DNA of 64,000 nucleotides. Origin: Geobacteraceae bacterium. Its GTDB lineage: Bacteria > Desulfobacterota > Desulfuromonadia > Geobacterales > DSM-12255. Made by a program: the position numbers and the translations under genes. The stretch is taken from assembly GCA_031412995.1 (NCBI GenBank), contig JANOEC010000028.1, forward strand, positions 15,458-79,457, read 5' to 3'. This document shows, one piece after another, positions 24,945-35,010 of the stretch. The notes below the pieces were generated by a model. It did no database searches, was not told the origin of the DNA, and saw only the letters and a program-made list of their open reading frames with translations. Position 1 is the first letter of the stretch. Each line of letters begins with the position of its first letter.

Positions 24945-25973
24945 TCAATTCCCTTCCAGCAGTCGTTTGATCTGTTTATCAAAGTCCGATTCGAACAGCC
25001 TATCCTGCACAACCCGGTATTTTTCAAATTCACTTTCCGCAAAGGCCCTAGCGATTTCCTGGGTGACTTTCCCAGGATTGTCGAGGATCTCCCGTTCATT
25101 GAACTGTAAAAAAGCATTCAGCTTGCCTGCCCAATCCTCCATGGTCATGGGGATGTTCCGCTCGGCCTGATCTTCGGCATAGTCAAGATACATGGTTACG
25201 AAGCGATCCAGGGACTTCAGCTCTTTTTCATTCAGGTAATTCTTGGCAACCACAACATCGGTCTTGATGATCTTGCCGTCCGGGGCGTTCTTCCAGGTGG
25301 TCAGTCCCATTCGCTCCTTATGGTGGTCGGCACGCTGCACGATAAGCTCTGCGGCGGTCTGGCCATGGATAGCAAAGTGCAGTTTGTTCTGCACCGTGGC
25401 GAAAAAGGTCCGGGTAATTTCGGAATCGGCGCGGTAATCCATGGCCGTGGCGTAGATGTCGGTGATTTTCTGGTAGAACTTCCGCTCACTGGCGCGGATT
25501 TCGCGGATTTCCGCCAGCAGCGTATCAAAATATTCCTTGCTGAAAAATGCGCCGTTTTTGAGGCGTTCCTTGTCCAGCACATAGCCACGGATGGCGAAAT
25601 CCCGCAGAACACCGGTAGCCCACTGGCGGAACTGGGTTGCCCGCGCCGAGTTGACGCGATAGCCGACTGAAATAATGGCATCGAGGCTGTAGCAGTCAAC
25701 ATTCCTGGAAACCTCCCGATTTCCCTCTTTTTGAACTATTCGGAAATTCCGAACAGTTGCCTCCTGAGTGAGTTCCCCCTGCTGGTATATATTGGCCAGG
25801 TGTTCGCTAACCGTTGGTACAGAGACTTCAAACAGTACGGCAATCAGCTTTTGTGTCAGCCAGACGGTCTCATCCTCAACACGCACTTCGATACTGTTTT
25901 CTCCTGCCTGTCTGGAAAATATCAGGAATTCGGCGGTGCTGTTCCTGATGCGTAGGTTTTTCTCTTTGGTCAT
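24945..25973 (-). CDS. RhuM-family virulence-associated protein
   Basis: 342 aa. Contains IEVRVEDETVWLTQKLIAVLFEVSVPTVSEHLANIYQQGEL and the YSLDAIISVGYRVNSARATQFRQWAT core. Confidence 0.85.
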   Translation of the reverse strand: MTKEKNLRIRNSTAEFLIFSRQAGENSIEVRVEDETVWLTQKLIAVLFEVSVPTVSEHLANIYQQGELTQEATVRNFRIVQKEGNREVSRNVDCYSLDAIISVGYRVNSARATQFRQWATGVLRDFAIRGYVLDKERLKNGAFFSKEYFDTLLAEIREIRASERKFYQKITDIYATAMDYRADSEITRTFFATVQNKLHFAIHGQTAAELIVQRADHHKERMGLTTWKNAPDGKIIKTDVVVAKNYLNEKELKSLDRFVTMYLDYAEDQAERNIPMTMEDWAGKLNAFLQFNEREILDNPGKVTQEIARAFAESEFEKYRVVQDRLFESDFDKQIKRLLEGN

Positions 25974-26011
25974 GGTGTTTTCTCCACAGGATAGAAAACT
26001 GACGAAAACTA

Positions 26012-26179
26012 CTAATTTGAAATATTATACTTTTTCAGCCATTGACCAAAATTCACACGTTCCAAGCCGAGCAACTTTGCAGCTTTAGCCTTATTTCCGC
26101 CGGTTCTATCCAAGGCTTTCATGAGGTAATGCCGAGTAACCTCATCGTTGAGATCATGAATACTAAAACCTTCGTAAAA
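26012..26179 (-). pseudogene. C-terminal Fis-type HTH remnant of a sigma-54-dependent (NtrC-family) activator
   Basis: The reverse strand reads ...HYLMKALDRTGGNKAKAAKLLGLERVNFGQWLKKYNISN*. No AAA+ domain lies upstream, and an in-frame stop sits directly 5'. Confidence 0.5.
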
Positions 26180-26473
26180 TTAACGCGATAGAATGTTATC
26201 ATCTAAAGGCAAGGTCATATTAAAAATCAGCAATTTCTGGCACTACGTTAAATGATTTATCAAGGTGGCGCTTCTCTTATGTAACTTGTCAAATGAATCC
26301 ACCTGTACTTGCCGATAATTTGGTAGTGAACTACGCAGAATCTGCCCGTAATCTTGAAAGAGTATGGCGATTAGAATATGGATGGCCATTGTTATGCCGC
26401 ATTTAGGGAGGCACTGCCAAAACCGCCAAAAGCCCTTCTGACAGTTTTGACAGTGCCGTCCGTCATGATTCCA

Positions 26474-26773
26474 TCAGCATTTTATCCCAGGATTCAACCG
26501 GATTCTCTCCGTCGGCCTCCCTCCAGTCTGTTCCTTCTCGACCGTCAGCCAGTCATACTCAACCAGCACCTCGATCCCGGCCTTGACCTCTTCCGACGAG
26601 GTGAGTTTCGACCATTGGGGCCGCCAGATTTCTCGCAGCGTTGCGCCATCCCTGATTGCTCCCCGGCGAAGATGCTTGATGATTTCCCTTGCTGCTTCCA
26701 TTCCTGGTGCGACCATCCCGCCGTAAAGTCTGTAGGCGTGACTCTCCAGGTAATCACACCATGCCGTCGCCAT
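26474..26773 (-). pseudogene. C-terminal fragment of a DUF3987 (YfjI/P4-primase-associated) protein
   Basis: WCDYLESHAYRLYGG...LREIWRPQWSKLTSSEEVKAGIEVLVEYDWL...TGGRPTERIRLNP resembles the DUF3987 C-terminus. The body of the gene is absent. Confidence 0.4.
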
Positions 26774-26810
26774 GAACGCCGCCTGTTCCGATACTGGACC
26801 CGGTTCATTG

Positions 26811-27096
26811 ATTTAGGTTCCGGGACGAGACGATGTTTTTCAAGGTGCCCCCTGCCGGGCTCATTGGCAACTTGGCCGAGTATCCGATTACAAAGGGCCA
26901 TTCGCTTTTCCGGATCAACTTCCTCACGTAAAGCCTGTTCAAGAACCTTGGCAACAAACGATGCGTACAAACCAGGTTGCTCTTCCGGATCGAGCTTACC
27001 GAAGACGGTTCGTAATTCAGGGCGCTGAGCAAGTGCATCGCTCAGGAACTCATCAAGCAGTGCTTCATATATGCCGTGGGCTAACGCCTTCATCAA
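26811..27096 (-). pseudogene. N-terminal fragment of an SF2 helicase-like (DUF3427-type) protein
   Basis: The first 95 codons or so (GIYEALLDEFLSDALAQRPELRTVFGKLDPEEQPGLYASFVAKVLEQAL) look protein-like. The ORF then degenerates into an R/S/G-rich out-of-frame read-through of the DUF3987 fragment. Confidence 0.3.
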
Positions 27097-27527
27097 GAAT
27101 TTGCCTGCAGTTCTGAAAGGTAAGATTGGATAACCGGCACGTCAGCTTCAGCCCAATCGAGAGAGTACAGTTTCTCAGGTGTAAGCCAGGCAGTCGCTGC
27201 ATGTTCGAGGAGGACAATCTCTCCTGATTCGATTGAGCAAACAAAAGGATAAAGCGTCACTGCAAATGTTGGATATTCGTGCGATGTGGCAGGAAGGCTT
27301 TTCTCAATGCTAACGGCAATGCCCAATTCTTCAACTATCTCTCGTCGCAGGCACTCTTCAGCGGATTCACCATGATCAATTTTGCCACCAGGAAATTCCC
27401 ATTTGAGTGGCAATTTCATGGCCGTGCTCCGCTGAGCAGCCAGAACAAGTCCATCCCGTTCAATGATCGCGCAGGTTACGTGAATATGCTGCAACAGGTT
27501 ATGATCCATCAGGCATTCACCCCGCAC
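27093..27527 (-). CDS. NUDIX hydrolase (MutT-like)
   Basis: Nudix box GGKIDHGESAEECLRREIVEELGI. The stop overlaps the ATG of the helicase-like fragment (ATGA). The true start may be Met-7 (27509). Confidence 0.8.
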   Translation of the reverse strand: MRGECLMDHNLLQHIHVTCAIIERDGLVLAAQRSTAMKLPLKWEFPGGKIDHGESAEECLRREIVEELGIAVSIEKSLPATSHEYPTFAVTLYPFVCSIESGEIVLLEHAATAWLTPEKLYSLDWAEADVPVIQSYLSELQANS

Positions 27528-27563
27528 CCTGCAGACATTTTCCCAGTTGTTGGATTGAAAAAC

Positions 27564-28391
27564 TCACAAATACTCTTTTAGTCTTTCTTCAGTCTTCACC
27601 CACATAGCCCCGGGCAGCTGCGGAGCCAGTACATGTAAAACATACCGTGCTGCTGCTCGGGTATCCCATGATGCACCAGTTGTCAGAAGTGGAGCCATAT
27701 CTTCCAGGAAACGCCGATCATCGAGTTTTTCAAACAGATTCATCTCAAACTCGGCCCGTGAAACCTGATGCTCTTCGTGTTCCAAGTAACGCAAAAAGCA
27801 CGAGACAATGGTTTCAGGTTTGACTTCAAGACTTGTGGCAGCATGCCACAAGTCTTGAAGATCCCGTCCTTTTTTCCGTTGGTAGAGGGCACGAAGCTTG
27901 GTGCCCAGCAACTCATCAATAGCATAGGTGGAAATCAATGCCGAGCCGGAGTGCCAGCGGGAAGCCATCTTAAATTGGAACTGCTTATATCCCAGCACAG
28001 TGAAGTGCTCACGTGAGTTAATCTCCACCTTGAGCCTTAACGGCAAGCCTTCTTCCGAGTCCACCCGCCAGATCAGGGTTGCCCGTCCTTCCGACTGCTT
28101 TCGCTTCGGTATCCCCAGCCAAGGATTAAGCTTTTCCTGAACCGCATCCATGATCGGACCGATGGGGCCAGCTTGCATCTGCACCAGGTCTATGTCCTCA
28201 GAATATCGTGCCGGCTTGAGATGGAGCTTGAACAGGGCTGTTCCACCGCGAAAGGCAAGCTGTTCCGCCAGCAGCGGATGACTATAGATGTCCACCAGAG
28301 CTCGACAGATGATCAGATCCTGCTCGACTTGGGACATTTGCGGCCATGGGGCATGTGCTCGCCAGGCAGTGATGTAGTCGAGTGGGATCAT
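27564..28391 (-). CDS. AbiEii/AbiGii-family nucleotidyltransferase toxin (type IV TA)
   Basis: 275 aa. Contains FRGGTALFKLH...RYSEDIDL, the DUF1814 signature. Confidence 0.85.
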   Translation of the reverse strand: MIPLDYITAWRAHAPWPQMSQVEQDLIICRALVDIYSHPLLAEQLAFRGGTALFKLHLKPARYSEDIDLVQMQAGPIGPIMDAVQEKLNPWLGIPKRKQSEGRATLIWRVDSEEGLPLRLKVEINSREHFTVLGYKQFQFKMASRWHSGSALISTYAIDELLGTKLRALYQRKKGRDLQDLWHAATSLEVKPETIVSCFLRYLEHEEHQVSRAEFEMNLFEKLDDRRFLEDMAPLLTTGASWDTRAAARYVLHVLAPQLPGAMWVKTEERLKEYL

Positions 28392-29170
28392 AGCTCCGGT
28401 GCTACCTTTTCATTCGGGATCAAATGCCATCGAGGGTTCTGTCGAAACCCTTTATGCGGTTGCGAAGAAGAAAGCGGGATTGTTACCGGATTCTTGATTC
28501 TGACGTACTCGGCCAATCTGTCAGCCAAATCAGTTTCGCCTATCAGTTCCAATAAGTAGCCCAAGCGCTGGGACCAAGCCACAGGGGATAGATCCGCAAC
28601 ACCTGCCAGTTTTTCCGCATCCATGGATTCGGCAAGCTCAGAAAGGACCGTTGCCGAGTTATCCAGTCCACCGGCATGATTAGGGTAACCGGCCAGATCA
28701 AAAGCGGTAGCTTCCGGGGTGGAAACCTTTAGGTAGCCTCTTGGAGTTTTGAAATCCTGGACAGGTATGTCTGCAGCATTTTTGCGGGCAATGAAATCAA
28801 TTCTGACAGCGCCATAGGTTATCCCTGGACGTGATCGAGGGACAATCACTTGAAACGACTGAGGCCTGTGATGAGCTGCACCGTGGTGCTCGGCTGCAGT
28901 GAGCAGCCCTGCGTAGTAGGGTTCTTCAAGGTGGGACATCAATGCCGGAATAAAATGATTAGCGGGGAGACACCCCATAGTGCGGTATTCCGGGGGTACG
29001 ATCACATAAAAGCCCCGGAACGGCATGGCTATCTCGCCCTTATGGCGCAGACGCCGCAAGGCAGCACGCATCGCTATAAAGCTTGAACCTTGCGCCCGTG
29101 CGGCCTCTACGCCAGAAAAGCAATAAATCCCCTGGGCCAGAAGGTCGTCTATATAGTGAGAAATAGCCAT
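28388..29170 (-). CDS. AbiEi-family antitoxin / transcriptional regulator (type IV TA)
   Basis: It has a 4-nt overlap with AbiEii. The start is taken at internal ATG 29170 (MAISHYIDDLLAQGIYCFS...), and the size is typical of AbiEi. Confidence 0.75.
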   Translation of the reverse strand: MAISHYIDDLLAQGIYCFSGVEAARAQGSSFIAMRAALRRLRHKGEIAMPFRGFYVIVPPEYRTMGCLPANHFIPALMSHLEEPYYAGLLTAAEHHGAAHHRPQSFQVIVPRSRPGITYGAVRIDFIARKNAADIPVQDFKTPRGYLKVSTPEATAFDLAGYPNHAGGLDNSATVLSELAESMDAEKLAGVADLSPVAWSQRLGYLLELIGETDLADRLAEYVRIKNPVTIPLSSSQPHKGFRQNPRWHLIPNEKVAPEL

Positions 29171-29570
29171 GCATCTTAGATACAGCAAATACTTTAAAAA
29201 AGCAATTATGAGTGTTGCTTTTATTGGTCGATCTATTTGGCTCCATAAGATCAATGCATTTTGCTACTCCCCAACAACCTCCTTCCAGCCAGTTCCGTAA
29301 GAAATCAGCATCTCCAACTTATGAATTCTTCGTTTAATGTCACTACAGTCCGGTTAATTTCGAATGTGCTGGCTTACATGGGCCAACTTATGACAGACAA
29401 ATTCAAGCAAATTGCTGAACTTGACTTTTTCAGGCTGAAAAATATGGAGTGAGAAAGTTAACTGCGGTCGCCTTGACCATGAAGCGATTCCGGCTCATAT
29501 TCATAAAAGTATGCGCTGCTGCTCTTTCTCTGGTTCTGCACATACCTCTAAAATATCACCAAGATGTGGG

Positions 29571-30116
29571 CTAACTTTGCAGCGGTTTTATAAAAGTATC
29601 CCAATAGAATTCTGCAGCGCATTTAACCGACAATAGCTCTTTTGAGTGCATCATCATTCCGAGAGGGCGCAGACTGAGAGTATAACTGTCGTCTTCGACC
29701 GAGAGTTGTTCATTGTAACTGTTTTCATCCAACGAATCGCTCATGGAATATGTAATCCCAGACATGAAGGATCGGCGCCCACCGCAGGAAATTCTACATC
29801 TGCTGGAAACTTGCCCGCTAACATAGACAACGGCTGTGAAACGGTTTGCATCTCCTCTTCGGAAGTTCCCCTCAATACCTGGATTTCCTTTCGCGATCTC
29901 GTCAAGCGATCCCTCAAAGAACTTGGCAATGAACTCGAAAGCGTCTTCAAGAAAATTATCCTTATCTCTGTCGGTAAAAGTTTTCCGTATTCTCAAATTA
30001 CTCGATCGTGGGCCGGAGCCTAAATCACTTGGAGGAAGCGAAGGCGATGCCGCAATACCAACTGGAGATGTCACCGCCCCAGTAATCTTCTCTGCTACAC
30101 CCCTGAAGGAATACAA
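29571..30116 (-). CDS. hypothetical protein, possibly the orphaned C-terminal domain of a larger (TIR-type?) protein
   Basis: 181-aa ORF. FTDRDKDNFLEDAFEFIAKFFEGSL...NPGIEGNFRRGDANRFTAVVY resembles a C-terminal module I associate with TIR-domain proteins. No N-terminal domain is present, and the ORF abuts the island edge. Confidence 0.35.
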   Translation of the reverse strand: MYSFRGVAEKITGAVTSPVGIAASPSLPPSDLGSGPRSSNLRIRKTFTDRDKDNFLEDAFEFIAKFFEGSLDEIAKGNPGIEGNFRRGDANRFTAVVYVSGQVSSRCRISCGGRRSFMSGITYSMSDSLDENSYNEQLSVEDDSYTLSLRPLGMMMHSKELLSVKCAAEFYWDTFIKPLQS

Positions 30117-30170
30117 CCTGTTACAGCAATTCTCTTGTTTTCTAAGCTTACGTTATTTGCGTTATAAACT

Positions 30171-30203
30171 AAAAAAGCCCGGCGCTACTGTCCGGGCTTT
30201 TTT
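30171..30203. terminator. bidirectional rho-independent terminator
   Basis: A6-GCCCGG-N9-CCGGGC-T6, 25 nt downstream of the PPIase gene. Confidence 0.75.
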
Positions 30204-30227
30204 AGTATCCTGTATGCGACAAACGAA

Positions 30228-31238
30228 TTACTTCAACAGTTTCTCAATCTTGACTTTATCCTTCTGGGCGGCGACAAGCTCCTGGACACCCTTCTGGATC
30301 TTCTGGTTCTTCAGGAAATTGCTGATCTTGTCTTTTACTTCGGCGAAGGGGACGGACTCTGCTTCTTTCTTGTCGGTCAGTTTGATGATGTGATAACCGA
30401 ATTGGGTCTCGACCACGCCGCTCACTTCATCCTTTTTCAGAGCAAAGGCGGTTTCCTCAAACGGCTTGACCATCTGGCCTTTACCAAAGAAGCCGAGGTC
30501 GCCACCCTGGGTTTTGCTCGGGCAGGTTGATTGCGCTTTTGCCAGCTCGGCGAAATCCTTCCCCGCCTTGATTTCCTTCAGGATTGCTTCCGCTTGCTCT
30601 TTGGCCTTTTTCTTGTCATCGGCAGTGGCGGTTGGCTCAATGCCAATCAGGATGTGGCTGGCTTTGACCTGAGCATCTTTTTTGAACTGAGAGCCATTTT
30701 CGTCATAGTACTTCTTGGCGTCAGCCTCGGTAACGGCAATCTTGCTGATAATCTCTTTTTCCACCAGATTGTTGATGATGACGTCTTTACGAATCAGGTT
30801 GAGCAGGTCTGGTTCGTTCATGCCAGAGGCCTTGAGGGCGGCCTCATATTCAGCCATGGAGCCGAATTTCCCCTTTCCCTGAGCGATCCGGAACTCTACC
30901 TGCTTGTCCAGATCCTTGACTTCAACTTTTTGCCCTAATTGATACAGGATTTCGGCAGAGATCAGTTGCTCCAGGGTGTTGGGTTCAAGCTGTTTCATTG
31001 CCTCGGCAGGGACTTCACCGCCCTGTTGCGCGGCAAGCACCTTCATGGCCTGCTGCAATTCACCACGGGTGATGACCGCAGAACCGACCTTGGCGACCGG
31101 CTCGGACGCGGAGGACTTGAGCAGTGCGTCAGCGGGCTTGGCTATTTCCTTCGGTGCGTCGGCCGCACCGGCCTGTCCGGCGAAGAGCATGGCGGTGGTA
31201 GCAAGAACAGCGGTGGTAAATCGGATCGTCAACTTCAT
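30228..31238 (-). CDS. periplasmic peptidyl-prolyl isomerase, parvulin type (SurA/PrsA-like)
   Basis: Has a signal peptide plus the PpiC motifs ASHILI, DLGFFGKGQMVKPFE and FGYHIIKL. Confidence 0.85.
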   Translation of the reverse strand: MKLTIRFTTAVLATTAMLFAGQAGAADAPKEIAKPADALLKSSASEPVAKVGSAVITRGELQQAMKVLAAQQGGEVPAEAMKQLEPNTLEQLISAEILYQLGQKVEVKDLDKQVEFRIAQGKGKFGSMAEYEAALKASGMNEPDLLNLIRKDVIINNLVEKEIISKIAVTEADAKKYYDENGSQFKKDAQVKASHILIGIEPTATADDKKKAKEQAEAILKEIKAGKDFAELAKAQSTCPSKTQGGDLGFFGKGQMVKPFEETAFALKKDEVSGVVETQFGYHIIKLTDKKEAESVPFAEVKDKISNFLKNQKIQKGVQELVAAQKDKVKIEKLLK

Positions 31239-31507
31239 CTGATTCTCCTTGATATGATTAGTGATGTGAGATTTTTATATAGCATGATTTTTTTCGCACG
31301 GGAAGGGGGTAAGGTAATATGAAATGAATGTTTGAAAATAGAACGGCATATTGTTGTTGACTTGACTGGCCGACCATGGTTTTAATTGCATGGATTTGCT
31401 AAGGCAGTTAACTAGCTAAAATAACAAAATAAATTTAGTATAACTAAAACTTTTAATCGTATTGTAATTTGTTTTACTGCTCATAAAAAACTGTTGGAGG
31501 CGTATCC

Positions 31508-34500
31508 ATGCAAAAACGTGCATTCCGTAAGATCATGGCAGCAAACCGGGGCGAAATCGCCATCCGTATCTTCCGTGCCTGTACCGAGTTGGGCATCAGT
31601 ACGGTGGCCATCTATTCGGAAGAAGACAAGCTGTCCCTGCACCGTTACAAGGCTGATGAAGCCTATCATGTGGGCAAGGGCAAGGCGCCGATTGATGCCT
31701 ATCTCGGCATTGACGAGATTATCACCCTGGCGCTGAAGGCAGATGTGGATGCCATTCATCCCGGCTATGGTTTTCTCGCTGAAAATGCGGAATTTGCGGA
31801 AAAATGCGAAGCAAACGGCATCGTCTTCATTGGCCCGACTGCTGACATGCAGCGGGCACTCGGTGATAAGGTGGCTGGCCGTAAAGCAGCTATGGCTGCC
31901 GGGGTACAAATAGTTCCCGGTACCGAAGACCCGATCGAAAAAGAAGAGGAAGCGCTCAAATTTGCCAAGGAACATGGCTATCCAATTATCATCAAGGCTT
32001 CAGCCGGTGGTGGTGGCCGGGGCATGCGGGTGGCCCGCAACAAGAAGGAGCTGCTCGAGGGTCTGGTTGCGGCCGGGAGCGAGGCCAAGGCGTCGTTCGG
32101 CAATGCAGCGGTCTTTCTGGAGCGCTATATCGAGAATCCCAAGCATATCGAAGTCCAGGTCCTGGGGGATAACTACGGTAACCTGGTCCACTTTTTCGAC
32201 CGTGATTGTTCCGTGCAGCGGCGCCACCAGAAGGTGGTGGAATTTGCGCCATCCCTTTGCCTGACCCAGACCCAGCGTGAAGAACTCTGTACGGCGGCGC
32301 TGAAGATCGCCGGCCAGGTGAAATATCGCAATGCCGGCACCGTCGAGTTTCTGTTTGACCAGGAGGGGAACCATTACTTCATCGAGATGAACCCGCGGAT
32401 TCAGGTTGAGCACACCGTTACCGAGATGATTACCGGTCGCAACCTGGTGCAGAATCAGATTCTGGTCGCCGCTGGACATAAACTGTCCGATCCGGAAATT
32501 AATATTCCCAGCCAATCAGCCATTGATATGCGGGGCTATGCCATCCAATGCCGGATCACCACCGAGGATCCGGGTAATAACTTTGCGCCGGATTTCGGCA
32601 CCTTGACTACCTACCGTTCAGCAGCTGGTTGCGGTATTCGTCTCGATGCTGGCAACGCCTTTACCGGGGCGAAAATTACTCCGCATTATGATTCGCTGCT
32701 GGTGAAAGTCAGTTCCTGGGGCCTGACCTTCAAGGATGCTGCTGCTATCATGAACCGCGCCCTGCAGGAATTCCGGGTGCGGGGGGTCAAGACCAATATC
32801 GGTTTCCTGGAAAACGTGGTTACCCATCCGGTGTTTATGAAGGGTAACTGTAACACCTCCTTTATTGAAAAACATCCCGAGCTGCTGCAGGTCCGGGAGA
32901 AAAAGGACCGGGCCAGCAAGGTGCTCAGCTTTGTGGGTGATGTCATTGTCAATGGTTCGCCCGGGGTGGTCAAGCCGCTCAAATCGGCGGAGCTGATTGA
33001 CGCCAGGGTGCCGGAGATTGACATTACCCAGCCCCGGCCGGCCGGCAGCCGTGACCTGTTCATGAAGCTGGGCGCCGAAGGGCTCTCCAAGTGGATTCTG
33101 GAGCAGAAGAAACTGCTGATTACCGATACCACCATGCGGGATGCCCACCAGTCCAACCTGGCAACCCGGGTCCGGACCTATGACCTGCTGAAAATTGCCG
33201 AGCCGACCTCCTATCTTGGTGCCGATCTTTTTTCACTTGAGTGCTGGGGCGGGGCCACCTTTGACGTCTCCATGCGCTTCCTCAAGGAAGATCCCTGGCA
33301 GCGGCTGCACAAGCTCTCGGAAGCTATTCCCAATATTCTCTTTCAGATGCTGCTGCGCGGTTCCAACGCGGTTGGTTACACCAACTACCCGGATAACGTG
33401 GTGCAGAAGTTTGTCGAAGAGGCGGCTAATTCCGGCGTCGACATCTTCCGGGTGTTCGATTCCCTGAACTGGACAACCGGCATGCGGGTGGCCATGGAAG
33501 CCGTGCGCAAGAGCGGCAAGATCTGTGAAGCCGCCATCTGCTACACCGGCGACATCACTGATCCAACGCGGGACAAATATCCTCTGGAATACTATGTCAG
33601 CATGGCCAAGGAGTTGGAAAAGATGGGTGCCCATATCCTGGCGATCAAGGATATGGCCGGTCTGCTCAAGCCGATGGCTGGCTACAAGCTGGTTAAGGCG
33701 CTGAAGGAAAACATCGGCATTCCGGTGCATCTCCATACCCACGATACCTCGTCCAATGCCGGGGCCATGCTGCTGATGGCCGCAGAGGCCGGGGTAGACA
33801 TTGTTGATGCAGCGCTGTCTTCGCTCTCGGGTCTGACGGCTCAGCCAAACCTGAACGCCCTGGTGGCGGCACTGGAGAGATCCGAGCGGGATCCGCTGGT
33901 GAATGCTGCCGGTCTGCAGCAGTTGGCCAATTACTGGGAGACGGTGCGGGATTATTACGCTCCGTTCGAGTCGGGCCTCAAAAGTGGCTCCGCCGAGGTC
34001 TACCACCATGAAATACCGGGTGGCCAGTACTCCAACTATAAGCCGCAGGTGGCTGGACTCGGTCTGCTCGATCGCTGGGAAGAGTGCAAGGAGATGTATC
34101 ACAACGTGAATATGATGTTTGGCGACATCGTCAAGGTGACTCCGTCCTCCAAGGTCGTTGGCGACATGGCCATGTTCCTGGTGAAGAATAACCTGCAGCC
34201 GGCAGATGTGTTTACGACGACAGAGGAATTAGCATTCCCCGAGTCGGTGGTCGGCATGTTCAAGGGGATGCTCGGCCAGCCTTATCAGGGCTGGCCGGAA
34301 GAGTTGCAGAAGATTATCCTGAAAGGGGCGCAGCCGATCACCTGCCGTCCCGGTGAACTGCTGGAGCCGGTGGACTTTGTCGAGGAGCGGCTCAAGCTGG
34401 AAGAGAAACTGGGGCACCGCATTGATGATAAAGCACTGATTTCTTCGATCCTCTACCCCCATGTCTATCCAGAGTTTGACAAGCATCGCCAGGATTACTC

Positions 34501-34954
34501 CGACACGTCGGTTATCCCGACGCCGATCTTCTTCTACGGTCTGGAGCCGGGGCAGGAGACCTCCCTGGACATCGAGCCGGGCAAGACGCTGATCATCAAG
34601 CTGAATGCGGTGGGCAGGGTTCAGGCAGACGGCACCCGACAGGTCTATTTCGAACTGAACGGCAATGCCCGCTCGGTGACCGTGCGCGACCAGTCGGCAC
34701 AAACCGACGAAGTGGCACGGGAGAAGGCAGACAAAGGGAATGTCAAGCATGTCGGTGCCCCAATGCCGGGCAAGGTGCTGAAACTGAACGTCAAGGCCGG
34801 GGATCTGGTTAAGGCGGGCGATGTATTGATGGTCACTGAGGCGATGAAGATGGAGACCAACATCAAGGCCAAGGAGGATGGCGTGATTGCCGATGTGAAG
34901 TTCAAGGAAAGTGATAAGGTAGAGAAGGAAGATCTGGTGGTAGTTTTTGCCTGA
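31508..34954 (+). CDS. pyc: pyruvate carboxylase (single-chain biotin carboxylase + carboxyltransferase + BCCP)
   Basis: 1148 aa. Contains the ATP-grasp GGGGRGMR, the carboxyltransferase segment DTTMRDAHQS..HTHDT, and the C-terminal biotinyl motif EAMKME. Confidence 0.95.
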   Translation: MQKRAFRKIMAANRGEIAIRIFRACTELGISTVAIYSEEDKLSLHRYKADEAYHVGKGKAPIDAYLGIDEIITLALKADVDAIHPGYGFLAENAEFAEKCEANGIVFIGPTADMQRALGDKVAGRKAAMAAGVQIVPGTEDPIEKEEEALKFAKEHGYPIIIKASAGGGGRGMRVARNKKELLEGLVAAGSEAKASFGNAAVFLERYIENPKHIEVQVLGDNYGNLVHFFDRDCSVQRRHQKVVEFAPSLCLTQTQREELCTAALKIAGQVKYRNAGTVEFLFDQEGNHYFIEMNPRIQVEHTVTEMITGRNLVQNQILVAAGHKLSDPEINIPSQSAIDMRGYAIQCRITTEDPGNNFAPDFGTLTTYRSAAGCGIRLDAGNAFTGAKITPHYDSLLVKVSSWGLTFKDAAAIMNRALQEFRVRGVKTNIGFLENVVTHPVFMKGNCNTSFIEKHPELLQVREKKDRASKVLSFVGDVIVNGSPGVVKPLKSAELIDARVPEIDITQPRPAGSRDLFMKLGAEGLSKWILEQKKLLITDTTMRDAHQSNLATRVRTYDLLKIAEPTSYLGADLFSLECWGGATFDVSMRFLKEDPWQRLHKLSEAIPNILFQMLLRGSNAVGYTNYPDNVVQKFVEEAANSGVDIFRVFDSLNWTTGMRVAMEAVRKSGKICEAAICYTGDITDPTRDKYPLEYYVSMAKELEKMGAHILAIKDMAGLLKPMAGYKLVKALKENIGIPVHLHTHDTSSNAGAMLLMAAEAGVDIVDAALSSLSGLTAQPNLNALVAALERSERDPLVNAAGLQQLANYWETVRDYYAPFESGLKSGSAEVYHHEIPGGQYSNYKPQVAGLGLLDRWEECKEMYHNVNMMFGDIVKVTPSSKVVGDMAMFLVKNNLQPADVFTTTEELAFPESVVGMFKGMLGQPYQGWPEELQKIILKGAQPITCRPGELLEPVDFVEERLKLEEKLGHRIDDKALISSILYPHVYPEFDKHRQDYSDTSVIPTPIFFYGLEPGQETSLDIEPGKTLIIKLNAVGRVQADGTRQVYFELNGNARSVTVRDQSAQTDEVAREKADKGNVKHVGAPMPGKVLKLNVKAGDLVKAGDVLMVTEAMKMETNIKAKEDGVIADVKFKESDKVEKEDLVVVFA

Positions 34955-35010
34955 TAACCGCTGATATTCGGGATTGATGGGCTGTCCTGGAATCTCATGA
35001 ACGCAACTGC

